Positions 18,740 through 29,141 of a DNA stretch of 64,000 nucleotides are shown in pieces. A program made the translations under genes and the position numbers. The notes beneath the pieces are model-generated. The model searched no databases, was not told the DNA's origin, and saw only the letters and a list, made by a program, of their open reading frames with translations. The stretch is from the NCBI GenBank assembly GCA_964651115.1, contig CAZYXJ010000001.1, forward strand, positions 106,509 through 170,508. The letters are read 5' to 3'. Position 1 is the first letter of the stretch, and the number at the start of each line of letters is the position of its first letter. This DNA comes from an uncultured Candidatus Saccharibacteria bacterium. GTDB taxonomy: Bacteria > Patescibacteriota > Minisyncoccia > Phycocordibacterales > JACOZG01.

Positions 18740-20626
18740 ATGCACATCGTGAGCGTCATTCCTTTGGCGCGGGGCATCTTCCACGATGATCTGACCTACT
18801 TCTCGGCCAAACCGCTGGCCCTCGGAGCAGTGGTAACGGTGCCCGTCCGCAAAAAATCAATCCCCGCTGTCGTGGTGGCCTGTAAACCAGCCCAAGCCGA
18901 AAAAACGGCCCTGCGGCGGGCTTCCTATGCCTTAAAAAAAGTTGGCCGCCTCCAAACGGTCGGACTAGTCCGGCCAGGGTTTATTAGCGCCGCGGAAAAA
19001 ATCGCCGAATATGCCGCGGCGCCACTTGGCGGCATCCTGCCCGCCCTCATCTCTCAATCTCTAGTTGCCAATCTGAGCGCCCTCGAGCCAGCCGCTCCCG
19101 GCAACGAACAGGCGTCCACCGGTCTGCGACCCGATCTACAGGCCCTCCAAAATCAAGATGACGAACGCTGGTCGACTTATAAAAGCATTGTGCGCGAAGA
19201 ATTCGCCCGCACTCAATCCGTCCTCTTAATTGTCCCCACCCATCTCGACGCTCTGCGCGTCGCCGAAACCTTAAGCCGAGGCATTACCGATTTCACCTTC
19301 ATTCTCCACGGAAAATTAAGCAAAAAATCGCTCGTCGAATCATGGAATGGCGCGCTTAAAGAAACTCGTCCGGTGCTCATCATTACCACCCCCGCCTTTG
19401 CGGGTCTTCCCCGTCACGATCTTAAAACTTTTATCATTGAACGAGAAAACTCGCCCAGCTACAAAATGCTCGCGCGACCGTTTGTCGACTGGCGGCGATT
19501 TTTAGAACAACTCGCGGCGACCACCGGCGCCCGCGTCCTCTATGGCGACAGCGCCCTGAGAGTCGAAACTCTCTGGCGCCTCGAACGAGGCGAGCTCATG
19601 CCCGCCGAAAGCGTTAAACAACGCCTAGTCACCACGGCGGAAAATTTCTTGATCACTTCGAAAAGCGGCGAACCACTAGCGCCAGAAACCTTAGAGTTGA
19701 TTCGCGCCGGCCTGGCCGCTTCGGAGCATCTATTTATTCTGGCCGGCCGGCGCGGCCTGGCTCCCCTGGTGGTTTGCGACGACTGCGGTGAACCAGTCCT
19801 CTGCGCGCGTTGCCAAGGACCGGTCGCTCTCCACGAACGTCGAGCGGCCCCAGAGCAGGATTCGCGTTACTTCCTCTGCCATCGCTGTGGTCAAGAAAGA
19901 TCGGCTAAAGAAAAATGCCAAACTTGCGAGAGTTGGCGTTTACGCGAACTAGGAATTGGCATTAATCGAATTAGTCAACGATTGCAGGAGGCGTTCCCCG
20001 AAGCCCACATCGTCACCGTCGAAAGCGACACGCAAAACACTCCCAAGCGCACTCGCGATCAAATGAGAAACTTTAGCCAAGCCGCTAGTGGCATCTTAGT
20101 CGGCACGGAACTGGCTCTCCATTATTTGCTTACCCCGATTGATACGGCGATTATCGTCGCCGCCGACTCACTTTTAGCCCTCCCTGATTTTCGCATCCAT
20201 GAACGACTCTACTCTCTCACCGCTCGCGTTCGCTCCCTGGCCCGAAAAAACTTCGCCATCCAAACCCGTTACCCCGAAGAACCAGTCTTTAATTACGCCC
20301 TCACCGGCAACACCATCGAATTTTATCGCCACGAATTGGCCGATCGAGAATCATTTGATTATCCGCCCTTTAAAACGCTGATTAAAATCACACGCGAGGG
20401 CTCTCGCGCCGTCGTTAGAGAAGATATGAAACGGTTAGCCGCTCACCTCTCGACTTTCCAGCCCCAAATTTATCCCTCCTTCCAAGAACCGGGCTCTGAC
20501 AACTACCGCTTGCAAGCTCTAATCCGTCTGCCTCCCGAGCGCTGGCCTAACCCCACCCTCGTTTCGTTCTTGAAATCCTTGCCGCCATCGTTTATTGTCA
20601 ATGTTGACCCGGCCGATATCCTTTAA
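18740..20626 (+). CDS. priA: Primosomal protein N' PriA (helicase motifs degenerate)
   Basis: 3'-binding domain (LTY...GAVVTVP), CDDC/CARC/CHRC/CQTC zinc knuckles, ILVGT, YPPF, VNVDP. Confidence 0.9.
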   Translation: MHIVSVIPLARGIFHDDLTYFSAKPLALGAVVTVPVRKKSIPAVVVACKPAQAEKTALRRASYALKKVGRLQTVGLVRPGFISAAEKIAEYAAAPLGGILPALISQSLVANLSALEPAAPGNEQASTGLRPDLQALQNQDDERWSTYKSIVREEFARTQSVLLIVPTHLDALRVAETLSRGITDFTFILHGKLSKKSLVESWNGALKETRPVLIITTPAFAGLPRHDLKTFIIERENSPSYKMLARPFVDWRRFLEQLAATTGARVLYGDSALRVETLWRLERGELMPAESVKQRLVTTAENFLITSKSGEPLAPETLELIRAGLAASEHLFILAGRRGLAPLVVCDDCGEPVLCARCQGPVALHERRAAPEQDSRYFLCHRCGQERSAKEKCQTCESWRLRELGIGINRISQRLQEAFPEAHIVTVESDTQNTPKRTRDQMRNFSQAASGILVGTELALHYLLTPIDTAIIVAADSLLALPDFRIHERLYSLTARVRSLARKNFAIQTRYPEEPVFNYALTGNTIEFYRHELADRESFDYPPFKTLIKITREGSRAVVREDMKRLAAHLSTFQPQIYPSFQEPGSDNYRLQALIRLPPERWPNPTLVSFLKSLPPSFIVNVDPADIL

Positions 20627-20634
20627 TCCAAGCC

Positions 20635-21183
20635 ATGCGCCAACATCAACCCCACTCACCCCATCAAGCCCCGCCCACCATTGTCCAAAATGGGGCAGAA
20701 GTTTTGCGCCAAGTAGCCGAGACCGTGAACGAGGCCGAATTTAATACTCCCGCCCTGCAAGAATTGGTGACCAGGATGGAAGAAGCACTAGCCAGCTGTG
20801 ACGATGGGGTTGCCATTGCCGCGCCGCAGATTGGTGTCGCTAAAAGAATTTTCGTGGTGGCTCCTCAGGCTTTTGATGATGGCCCCGAAACTACCGCCAA
20901 CCATCGCGTCTTCATCAACCCGATCATTACTAAAAAATCTAAACGAACGAGCGTGGTTGATGAGGGTTGTCTCTCGGTGCGCTGGCTTTACGGCAAAGTT
21001 CGACGCTCCACCAAAGCGACCGTCGAGGCCTACGACCTTAAGGGGAAAAAGTTTACTCATCACGGCACCGGTCTCCTGGCGCAAATTTTCCAGCACGAAA
21101 TTGATCACCTCAACGGCGTTCTATTTATCGATCAAGCTAGCCAACTAGAAGAAATTAAACCCAGCGACAATGATGCCGCCTAA
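20635..21183 (+). CDS. def: Peptide deformylase
   Basis: GVAIAAPQIG, EGCLS, QHEIDHLNG. Confidence 0.97.
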   Translation: MRQHQPHSPHQAPPTIVQNGAEVLRQVAETVNEAEFNTPALQELVTRMEEALASCDDGVAIAAPQIGVAKRIFVVAPQAFDDGPETTANHRVFINPIITKKSKRTSVVDEGCLSVRWLYGKVRRSTKATVEAYDLKGKKFTHHGTGLLAQIFQHEIDHLNGVLFIDQASQLEEIKPSDNDAA

Positions 21184-21985
21184 ATTCGTTTTCTGGGGCA
21201 GTGACGATTTTTCGATTGGGGTCTTAAATGGCTTAGCCGCCGTCGGCCAGCAACCCGCGTTAATCGTCGGCACTCCACCCCGTATCAAGCGCGGCCAACC
21301 GCAACCAGCGGCCACGGCTCAGTGGGCAGAAAGTCACCAGATCCCCTTCACTATCGACCCCGCTACGATCCCGCCCCAAGCCTATGATTTTTTTATCGTC
21401 GCCTCATATGGCCAGATCATTTCCCCCGAATTACTGCGCCTGGCCAAACTGGGGACAATTAACGTCCACCCCTCACTCTTGCCGAAATACCGCGGGGCCA
21501 CGCCTCTCCAGAGCGCCATCCTAAACGGCGAAAGCGAAACTGGCGTTACCCTGATTGAACTGGACGAACAGCTTGATCATGGACCAATTTTAGCGCAGGC
21601 CACCCAGCCCCTCGGCCACTTAAATTTTAGCGAGTTAAGAGATCTACTGGCCCGCCGCGGAGCCGAATTGCTGGCCGAAATTCTGCCCGCTTACTTGGCG
21701 CAAACGCTTAAACCACAAACCCAAAATCACGACCAAGCTACGTTTACGCGTAAATTTACCAAAGCTGATGCCGAACTAAAATCTACTGACACTCCGATAA
21801 TTAAATTTAGAAAAGTCCTCGCCCTCAATCCCGAACCGGGCACTTGGCTAGTTGACGAACGCGGACAACGATTAAAAATTAAAACTGCCCGCCTCGAGGA
21901 CGGACAGTTTATTCCTGAAAAAGTGGTTCCTGAAGGTAGGCGTGAAATGACTTGGTCAGATTATCGCCGTGGCCAGCAACCCTAG
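21170..21985 (+). CDS. fmt: Methionyl-tRNA formyltransferase
   Basis: VASYGQII, NVHPSLLPKYRGATP, LDHGPI. Confidence 0.95.
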   Translation: MMPPKFVFWGSDDFSIGVLNGLAAVGQQPALIVGTPPRIKRGQPQPAATAQWAESHQIPFTIDPATIPPQAYDFFIVASYGQIISPELLRLAKLGTINVHPSLLPKYRGATPLQSAILNGESETGVTLIELDEQLDHGPILAQATQPLGHLNFSELRDLLARRGAELLAEILPAYLAQTLKPQTQNHDQATFTRKFTKADAELKSTDTPIIKFRKVLALNPEPGTWLVDERGQRLKIKTARLEDGQFIPEKVVPEGRREMTWSDYRRGQQP

Positions 21986-22620
21986 CGAATTTCCACCTTC
22001 TCTACCACGACCGGCTTAAGAGGATGATCACTGCTACTTGTCGAAACATTTTCGATCGCACTCACGACGTCCAAACCGGCAATCACTTTACCGAAGGGTG
22101 TATGCCAACCGCCACCGGGCTTATTTAGCCAATCAACTCGGGGCGCCGTCACGATAAAAAATTGCGAACCATTAGTCCCACGACCACCGCGGAGACCGGC
22201 ATTAGCCATCGCCACGACGCCGCGTTCCAAGATCACATCATTCACCTCATCATCAAACACGTAACCCGGACCGCCCGTCCCATGAATGGCCAAGTTATCT
22301 GGCTCCGACTTAGTTAGCGGATCACCGCCCTGAATCATAAAGCCCTTGATTACTCGATGAAATTGGGTCCCGTCGTAAAAACCGCTTTGGGCCAATTTTA
22401 CAAAATTCTGGACTGTCACTGGCGCTTTAGTCGCATATAACTCTACCTCGATTACTCCGGCCGAAGTAGTTAGGACCGCCACTGGGCTAGTCAGAGAGGT
22501 TCGTTCGCCTGAAATCATTTTTTTACTAGTAATGCCGGCCTCCGGCGCAGTCCAAGCAAGCAAGCCAACTGCGGCCACCGCCAACACCACGATTAAGATT
22601 AAAAGTTTAAAATTTTTCAT
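21982..22620 (-). CDS. Cyclophilin-type peptidyl-prolyl isomerase, membrane-anchored
   Basis: FYDGTQFHRVIKGFMIQGGDP, AMANAG, NGSQFFI. Confidence 0.95.
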   Translation of the reverse strand: MKNFKLLILIVVLAVAAVGLLAWTAPEAGITSKKMISGERTSLTSPVAVLTTSAGVIEVELYATKAPVTVQNFVKLAQSGFYDGTQFHRVIKGFMIQGGDPLTKSEPDNLAIHGTGGPGYVFDDEVNDVILERGVVAMANAGLRGGRGTNGSQFFIVTAPRVDWLNKPGGGWHTPFGKVIAGLDVVSAIENVSTSSSDHPLKPVVVEKVEIR

Positions 22621-22629
22621 AAACCCAAA

Positions 22630-23004
22630 CTAGCTACGCCAAGGATTAAAGCGTCGCAACATCTCTTTAACCCGTCGCCCGCCGCGGCGCAATAAAGTGT
22701 TCCGCTTCTCGGCATTCGTTTTAATCACTCGAGACATTTCGTCCTTAACCAGATCAATCGCCGCGTACAGATCGGCGGCATTTTCCACCGCGTACAACTG
22801 TTTACCATTGAACAATAAGCGGATCTCGGCGCGGTAAACATCGCCCTGACGATGATGCTCCGTATCCCGACCAATCTCCACATTGACCAGCAACTCATCA
22901 TTGCCGGCTGGCAACAATCGGCCCAACATCCCAACCTTCTCTTCCGCAAACTCCCGAATCGCGGGCGTCAACTCAATACTCGTTGCTTTAATATTGATCT
23001 TCAT
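22630..23004 (-). CDS. hpf: Ribosome hibernation factor (HPF/RaiA)
   Basis: MKINIKAT.IELTPAI, DLYAAID. Confidence 0.92.
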   Translation of the reverse strand: MKINIKATSIELTPAIREFAEEKVGMLGRLLPAGNDELLVNVEIGRDTEHHRQGDVYRAEIRLLFNGKQLYAVENAADLYAAIDLVKDEMSRVIKTNAEKRNTLLRRGGRRVKEMLRRFNPWRS

Positions 23005-23011
23005 GCCCCCA

Positions 23012-24427
23012 TTATAACACCTCCGCGAGCATCATATTAGTGTCGACAGATTTGCCGAAAGGCATGCCCGCCGCTACCACCACCCGCTCCCCCTTTTTGC
23101 CCAGTTTATGCTCTAGGGCAAATTCCCGAACCATGGCCAAAACCTCGGCGGTGGTCTTAAACTTCTTAACCAAAGTCGGATAACAACCGTAACTCAAGGC
23201 CAACTGATTAACCGTCGCGCGATTGGGCGATAAGCAAATAATCCCCTGATTGGGTCGATAGCGAGAAATCATCCGCGCCGTAAAACCAGAATCAGTCAAG
23301 GCGACGATAAACTTGGCTCCCAACTGAGTCGAAGTCTCAACCGCGGCATTGCCCACGGCATCAGCCACGCTATTGTCGTGCAAAAAGTCACGATCGCGAC
23401 GTTGATACGAGCGATCGCGCTCCACCCGAAGCGCCACCCGCGTCATCACCCGAACCGCCTCCACCGGGTGCTCGCCCAAAGTCGTCTCTTCCGATAGCAT
23501 GACCGCGTCCGTACCATCTAAAATAGCATTAGCGACGTCCGAAACTTCGGCCCGGGTCGGCACCGGGGACTTAATCATCGACTCAAGCATTTGCGTCGCC
23601 GTAATCACTGGCTTGCCGGCGCGATTACATTTCTTAATAATCATCTTCTGGACCATCGGCACGTCTTCGGCCGGAATCTCCACCGCCAAATCTCCCCGCG
23701 CTACCATAATCCCATCCGACAATTCCAAGATCGCGTCAAAGTTTTCGACCGCTTCTTGGGTCTCAATTTTAGAAATAATTTTTGCTTCGGATTTACCCTT
23801 GTTCAACAATTCGCGCAGTTCGATCACGTCTTCAGGTCGCCGCACGAAGGAAAAAGCGATAAAATCAACTTTGTTCTTTAAGCCAAAAGCCAAATCTTTT
23901 TTATCCTTCTCCGTCAGCGAGCTCACCTTCAGATAAGCCCCGGGCAAATTAACGCCGCGACGGCCCTTGGTCTCCCCACCAACCACAATCTGGCAAATGA
24001 CGTCTGTCCCCTTAATCTCGACCACTTCCAAACGTTTCTTACCATCATCCACCATTACCACGTTACCGGGCTTAAGCTCTTCGTGTAGAGTCGGGTAGTT
24101 AATCGAGACTCGCTCCTCGGTACCCACAATTTTTTCCGGCGTTAAAGTAATGCGTTTGCCTGGCACCAAAGTCACCCGCTCTTGATAAAAATCACCGATT
24201 CGAAACTTGGGACCAGACAGATCCTGCAACAAAGCGACGGGCGTATTTAATTTTTTAGAGACAGCGCGAGTAATATCCACCTTGGGTTGATGCTCCGCGA
24301 AATCGCCGTGAGAAAAGTTCATGCGCACCACATTCATCCCCGAACGAACCAGTTCCGTTAACATCTTTTCGTTGGCCGTGACCGGTCCAATCGTGGCTAC
24401 AATTTTGGTTTTCTTAGAAATATGCAT
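23012..24427 (-). CDS. pyk: Pyruvate kinase
   Basis: KTKIVATIGP, RMNFSHG, DGIMVARGDL, TATQMLESM, DAVMLS. Confidence 0.98.
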   Translation of the reverse strand: MHISKKTKIVATIGPVTANEKMLTELVRSGMNVVRMNFSHGDFAEHQPKVDITRAVSKKLNTPVALLQDLSGPKFRIGDFYQERVTLVPGKRITLTPEKIVGTEERVSINYPTLHEELKPGNVVMVDDGKKRLEVVEIKGTDVICQIVVGGETKGRRGVNLPGAYLKVSSLTEKDKKDLAFGLKNKVDFIAFSFVRRPEDVIELRELLNKGKSEAKIISKIETQEAVENFDAILELSDGIMVARGDLAVEIPAEDVPMVQKMIIKKCNRAGKPVITATQMLESMIKSPVPTRAEVSDVANAILDGTDAVMLSEETTLGEHPVEAVRVMTRVALRVERDRSYQRRDRDFLHDNSVADAVGNAAVETSTQLGAKFIVALTDSGFTARMISRYRPNQGIICLSPNRATVNQLALSYGCYPTLVKKFKTTAEVLAMVREFALEHKLGKKGERVVVAAGMPFGKSVDTNMMLAEVL

Positions 24428-24451
24428 AAACAAGACTTTAAATAATGAATT

Positions 24452-24949
24452 TTAACTATAATAAACGAAGAGCATGATTGCAACCACCAAACCAACTTGC
24501 AGTAACGGCCCAACCAAACCGCGCGGATTAAGTTTGTACTTGGTGTGAATCCAGAGATGAAAAAGTTGTAATCGCGCCAGCCACCGCCAGCGCAATTTGA
24601 AATAAACAAATTGCAAAAAATCCGGCGCCATCGCGCCAGCGGCCCCCGCCAGCGCGCCCAACGCCGCATTCTCTGATGACCACCAAATCACTAAGCCAGC
24701 CAATCCTAAGCCGAGCAAACCGTCGCTAACAATTTTTAATAAATCCCAAAAGAAATCTCGCCCCCAGCGCAAATCAGTGGCCAAAGGATTGTTTTGATCT
24801 TCCACCGCCGAACGCAGGGGGTAATCCCAGTGTGGCAAAGCATCAAGCGCGAAGTGACTGGCAAAGCCGAGCAGAAACGCGGCCGCCGGTTGCGCCGGGA
24901 CGAGGAGTGAGAGCGCGGCGCCGGCGGCCGCATGCGTGGCTAAAGTCAT
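24452..24949 (-). CDS. Membrane protein, possible metal-dependent hydrolase
   Basis: 'TH...GA', 'SHFALD..PHWD', 'APD', 'FHLWIH'; multiple TMs. Confidence 0.6.
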   Translation of the reverse strand: MTLATHAAAGAALSLLVPAQPAAAFLLGFASHFALDALPHWDYPLRSAVEDQNNPLATDLRWGRDFFWDLLKIVSDGLLGLGLAGLVIWWSSENAALGALAGAAGAMAPDFLQFVYFKLRWRWLARLQLFHLWIHTKYKLNPRGLVGPLLQVGLVVAIMLFVYYS

Positions 24950-24972
24950 CGGCTCTACTATAACACAAGAAA

Positions 24973-25003
24973 ACACCCCGTTGGCCAGTGGCCAACGGGG
25001 TGT
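24973..25003 (-). terminator. Strong hairpin terminator of the 26888-25017 cassette
   Basis: ACACCCCGTTGGCC-AGT-GGCCAACGGGGTGT followed by TTTCTT on the minus strand. Confidence 0.8.
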
Positions 25004-25016
25004 CAGAAAAGAACAA

Positions 25017-26216
25017 TTAAGGAGGTAAGGTTGGGTCCGCGAGGCAGGGGCCCGGCAAGCCGCTCCGGCTCAGGCAGGACTGAAGCAAGGTCCAATCAGC
25101 CTGGTTAGTAACGCCGTCGCGAGTTAGATCCCAAATTCGGCACTCGGGGACCAGCGGCGGTTGATTCCACTCCCCCAACCCCAAGCAAACCTGAAACGAC
25201 GAGACGTCTTCAGCATCGACGTCGCCATCGTAATCATGATCGCCATAAGGCGTACAGGGAACGGTGCTGACGAACTGATTGCGGGGGCAGGCGTCATGGC
25301 AGTCAAAAACGCCATCCCCGTCCCTATCGTTATCGGCCACCCCGCAACCGCACGGTCCCGGAGCAATCTTCTTGGGATCGTTAGGGCAACCATCCTGGCA
25401 ATCCAGAATCAAATCGCCATCGGCATCGAGCAGGCCGCCCGACCAATCGCAAGTGACGCAAGGCGGAAAACCAATTTCGCCCGGCACCAAAAGTGACTGC
25501 TGGCTCGGCGGGTCAACATTTTCGTTACTGCTGCCCCGCTCCTTCCAGCTCTTCTCACAGTCGACCCAAAGCTTGGCAACCGATTCGGTCGGCTGCACGT
25601 TGACCATGAAGGCCGTCGCCGTGATGTTATTGATAAACACCAACCGATGATTGGGCGGACCATTAGCCGATCCGAAATAAATGTCGGCCGACGGTTTGCT
25701 GGGATCGCGAATTACCCGGACGACAAGGTAAACAGGCCTCAGAATCGTATCGTCGCGATATGGCTTATCGCCCTTACGCGAGCCGAGCCGAAAGGTCATG
25801 ACTCCATTGTCATCCGCTTTCATTTTCCCCTTCATGATCCTCTTCTTGATGGGGAAGGGCTGGCCATTAACAAGACCGTAGCAGGTGTCATTGTTGGCCA
25901 TATTGCCCAAGAAAGCGTCCTCGGGGAAAGCCGCATTGGAACTGTAGACGAAATATTCCGCCTCCCAGCTCTGCTTGTAACGCTCCCCAAACTGATCCTT
26001 GATCGTTATGCCGATCTCGTACTCAAAACCGACCAAGCGAGCACCGCCGGGATTGCGCGGGTCCGCTTCATAGAGGCAATTCCCCCAGCGCGCGGAATCG
26101 AGTTTGATTTCGCGTGCCGTTTTGACGGGTGCCGGCGGCGGATTGCCCGCCGGCACCGTGTCTTGGCAACCAACTCCTGAAATGACCAGTCCCAGGAGCA
26201 GTAAAAATCTTTTCAT
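25017..26216 (-). CDS. Lipoprotein with TSP3-like Ca-binding repeats and a C-terminal dockerin-like module
   Basis: Lipobox GVGC; DADGDLILDCQDGCPNDP..CGCG..DRDGDGVFDCHDACP; paired loops GDHDYDGDVDAED / DLTRDGVTNQAD; SD AAGGAG. Confidence 0.75.
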   Translation of the reverse strand: MKRFLLLLGLVISGVGCQDTVPAGNPPPAPVKTAREIKLDSARWGNCLYEADPRNPGGARLVGFEYEIGITIKDQFGERYKQSWEAEYFVYSSNAAFPEDAFLGNMANNDTCYGLVNGQPFPIKKRIMKGKMKADDNGVMTFRLGSRKGDKPYRDDTILRPVYLVVRVIRDPSKPSADIYFGSANGPPNHRLVFINNITATAFMVNVQPTESVAKLWVDCEKSWKERGSSNENVDPPSQQSLLVPGEIGFPPCVTCDWSGGLLDADGDLILDCQDGCPNDPKKIAPGPCGCGVADNDRDGDGVFDCHDACPRNQFVSTVPCTPYGDHDYDGDVDAEDVSSFQVCLGLGEWNQPPLVPECRIWDLTRDGVTNQADWTLLQSCLSRSGLPGPCLADPTLPP

Positions 26217-26234
26217 GATTTCGTCTCCTTGGAC

Positions 26235-26888
26235 TTAGCGAATCTCAGGAACCCGGTACAGATACCCGACGGTTGGCAGCGGCAACTCACTCGGCACTCC
26301 GCCCGTGACCGTCACCCGCACGCGCAGGCGAAAACCTCGCGCGCCCGCCACATAATCGGCCGGCGTCTGGCACTCGGCCAGCTTAGAATGCTGGAGTAAG
26401 TGCTCGATCGGCCCGCTGACTGACGCAAGCGAACCATCCGCCCCCTCGGCAACGAACTCGTCTCGGCCAAAGGTGACGGAAGCGTTCGGATTGGACGCCT
26501 TGTAAGCGGCGGCCGACGCCTCATGAGCCGCGTTGACGAGCGGCGTCCAAGCCGTCCCCTTGAGATACCCCGGGTAAGCCGAGAGGGTAAAGCCCTCCGG
26601 CACCCAAAGCACCAGCTTCTGCGCCGGCCCCCGTCCCCAGACGCCACACCAACCATTCGGCATCAGCCGGGAGTCGTGATGGCGCAGGAGTAAGATGGGC
26701 GGGCTCTCGAGCACGACGGTGCGCGAGGCCGGCTGACCCGGGCTCTCCACATCGAGCACTGGCGTCACCCGCACCGCCACCCCTTCGGTCAGCACCGCCG
26801 GCCGGGCTTGAGACGGCGAGGTACAAGATGAGATCCCCGCCACTCCTCCGAGGACGAAAAAGATCGCCCCCCAAATGATCTTCCGCAT
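26235..26888 (-). CDS. Hypothetical secreted protein or lipoprotein (ORFan cassette)
   Basis: Signal peptide ending ISSC; SD GGGAGGT; TTGACT-N17-TAGTGT at 26947-26975. Confidence 0.65.
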   Translation of the reverse strand: MRKIIWGAIFFVLGGVAGISSCTSPSQARPAVLTEGVAVRVTPVLDVESPGQPASRTVVLESPPILLLRHHDSRLMPNGWCGVWGRGPAQKLVLWVPEGFTLSAYPGYLKGTAWTPLVNAAHEASAAAYKASNPNASVTFGRDEFVAEGADGSLASVSGPIEHLLQHSKLAECQTPADYVAGARGFRLRVRVTVTGGVPSELPLPTVGYLYRVPEIR

Positions 26889-27002
26889 CGCAAACCTCCC
26901 ATGTCAGAGATCAAAGATTGATCAGGAACATCCTGAATCTGTTTTTACACTACAACGGTTTTTGTAGCTAGTCAATATGTGTTAAACTAAAGCCATAATT
27001 AA

Positions 27003-28319
<1,317 letters not shown>

Positions 28320-28332
28320 CCACCCCCACAAA

Positions 28333-28373
28333 AAAACAAAATGATCAACACCTAGTGTTGATCATTTTGTTTT
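28333..28373. repeat. Extended REP-like palindrome upstream of the RAYT gene (could also terminate eno)
   Basis: AAAACAAAA-TGATCAACAC-CTA-GTGTTGATCA-TTTTGTTTT. Confidence 0.85.
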
Positions 28374-28394
28374 GCTTTATGATAAGATAAAAGC

Positions 28395-29075
28395 ATGAGA
28401 GCGCTTAACTTGGCGGGCGGCGAATATTATCATCTTTTAAATCGCGGAATGGCAAAGCGTCCTATCTTCCATGACAACGATGATTATCTGCGTTTTCTCT
28501 TTCTGATCACCCATCTGCAATCCGGAAAATCCTTCCTTAATATGTCCCGCGACATTAACCTGTTTAAAAAAACTTTTTCTCGACCTGATCAACACCGAGT
28601 GTTGATCAATCAAGAATACGCCAAAGCGGCCTCCCACCAACCACTAGTAAAGCTCCTGGCCTTTTGTCTAATGCCCAATCACTTTCATCTTTTAGTTTTA
28701 GCGATTCAAGATAATGGCATCGCTCGATATTTACAAAGAATCCTAAATGCCTACGCCAAGTATTATAATTTGAAATACCAACAAACCGGCCACCTGTTCC
28801 AGGGCCCATATCGAGCCGTTCACGTTTCTGACAACGAGCAACTACTCTACACCTCGGCTTACGTGCACAAAAATTGTTGCGAACTATTAGCCTGGCAAGA
28901 AAACTTTGCAGAATATCCTTGGTCTAGCTTGCAAGATTATTGCGTTTTTAATCGCTGGAGCACCCTACTCGATCCCCAGATCATTATTGATCAATTCGAT
29001 AACCCGACTGAATATTTGTTGTGGGTGAAAAACAACCCCGCTAAAACCGAAAATTTCGGGGTTGATTCTGATTAA
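28395..29075 (+). CDS. REP-associated tyrosine transposase (RAYT, Y1 HUH / IS200-like)
   Basis: YYHLLNRG, FCLMPNHFHLL (HUH), GHLFQGPY, YVHKN, YPWSS; flanked by palindromes. Confidence 0.88.
   Translation: MRALNLAGGEYYHLLNRGMAKRPIFHDNDDYLRFLFLITHLQSGKSFLNMSRDINLFKKTFSRPDQHRVLINQEYAKAASHQPLVKLLAFCLMPNHFHLLVLAIQDNGIARYLQRILNAYAKYYNLKYQQTGHLFQGPYRAVHVSDNEQLLYTSAYVHKNCCELLAWQENFAEYPWSSLQDYCVFNRWSTLLDPQIIIDQFDNPTEYLLWVKNNPAKTENFGVDSD
28586..28608. repeat. REP-like palindrome inside the RAYT coding sequence
   Basis: TGATCAACAC-CGA-GTGTTGATCA, in frame (encodes DQHRVLI). Confidence 0.85.
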
Positions 29076-29091
29076 CACCCGGTGTTGATCA
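29069..29091. repeat. REP-like palindrome overlapping the RAYT stop codon
   Basis: TGATTAACAC-CCG-GTGTTGATCA; its single arm mismatch creates the TAA stop at 29073-29075. Confidence 0.8.
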
Positions 29092-29141
29092 AGGATGCCT
29101 GGCAGTTCCCAGTCTAGGCCAAAAGGTTTAAGATGGAGCAC

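Noticed and set aside
26914-26940. Additional RAYT REP copy (TTGATCAGGA) in the cassette leader
   Set aside because: Only a partial half-site match, and it forms a different local hairpin; insufficient support.
28395-29075. Active IS200/IS605 element with TnpB
   Set aside because: No tnpB gene; the motifs and repeated palindromes fit a RAYT better.
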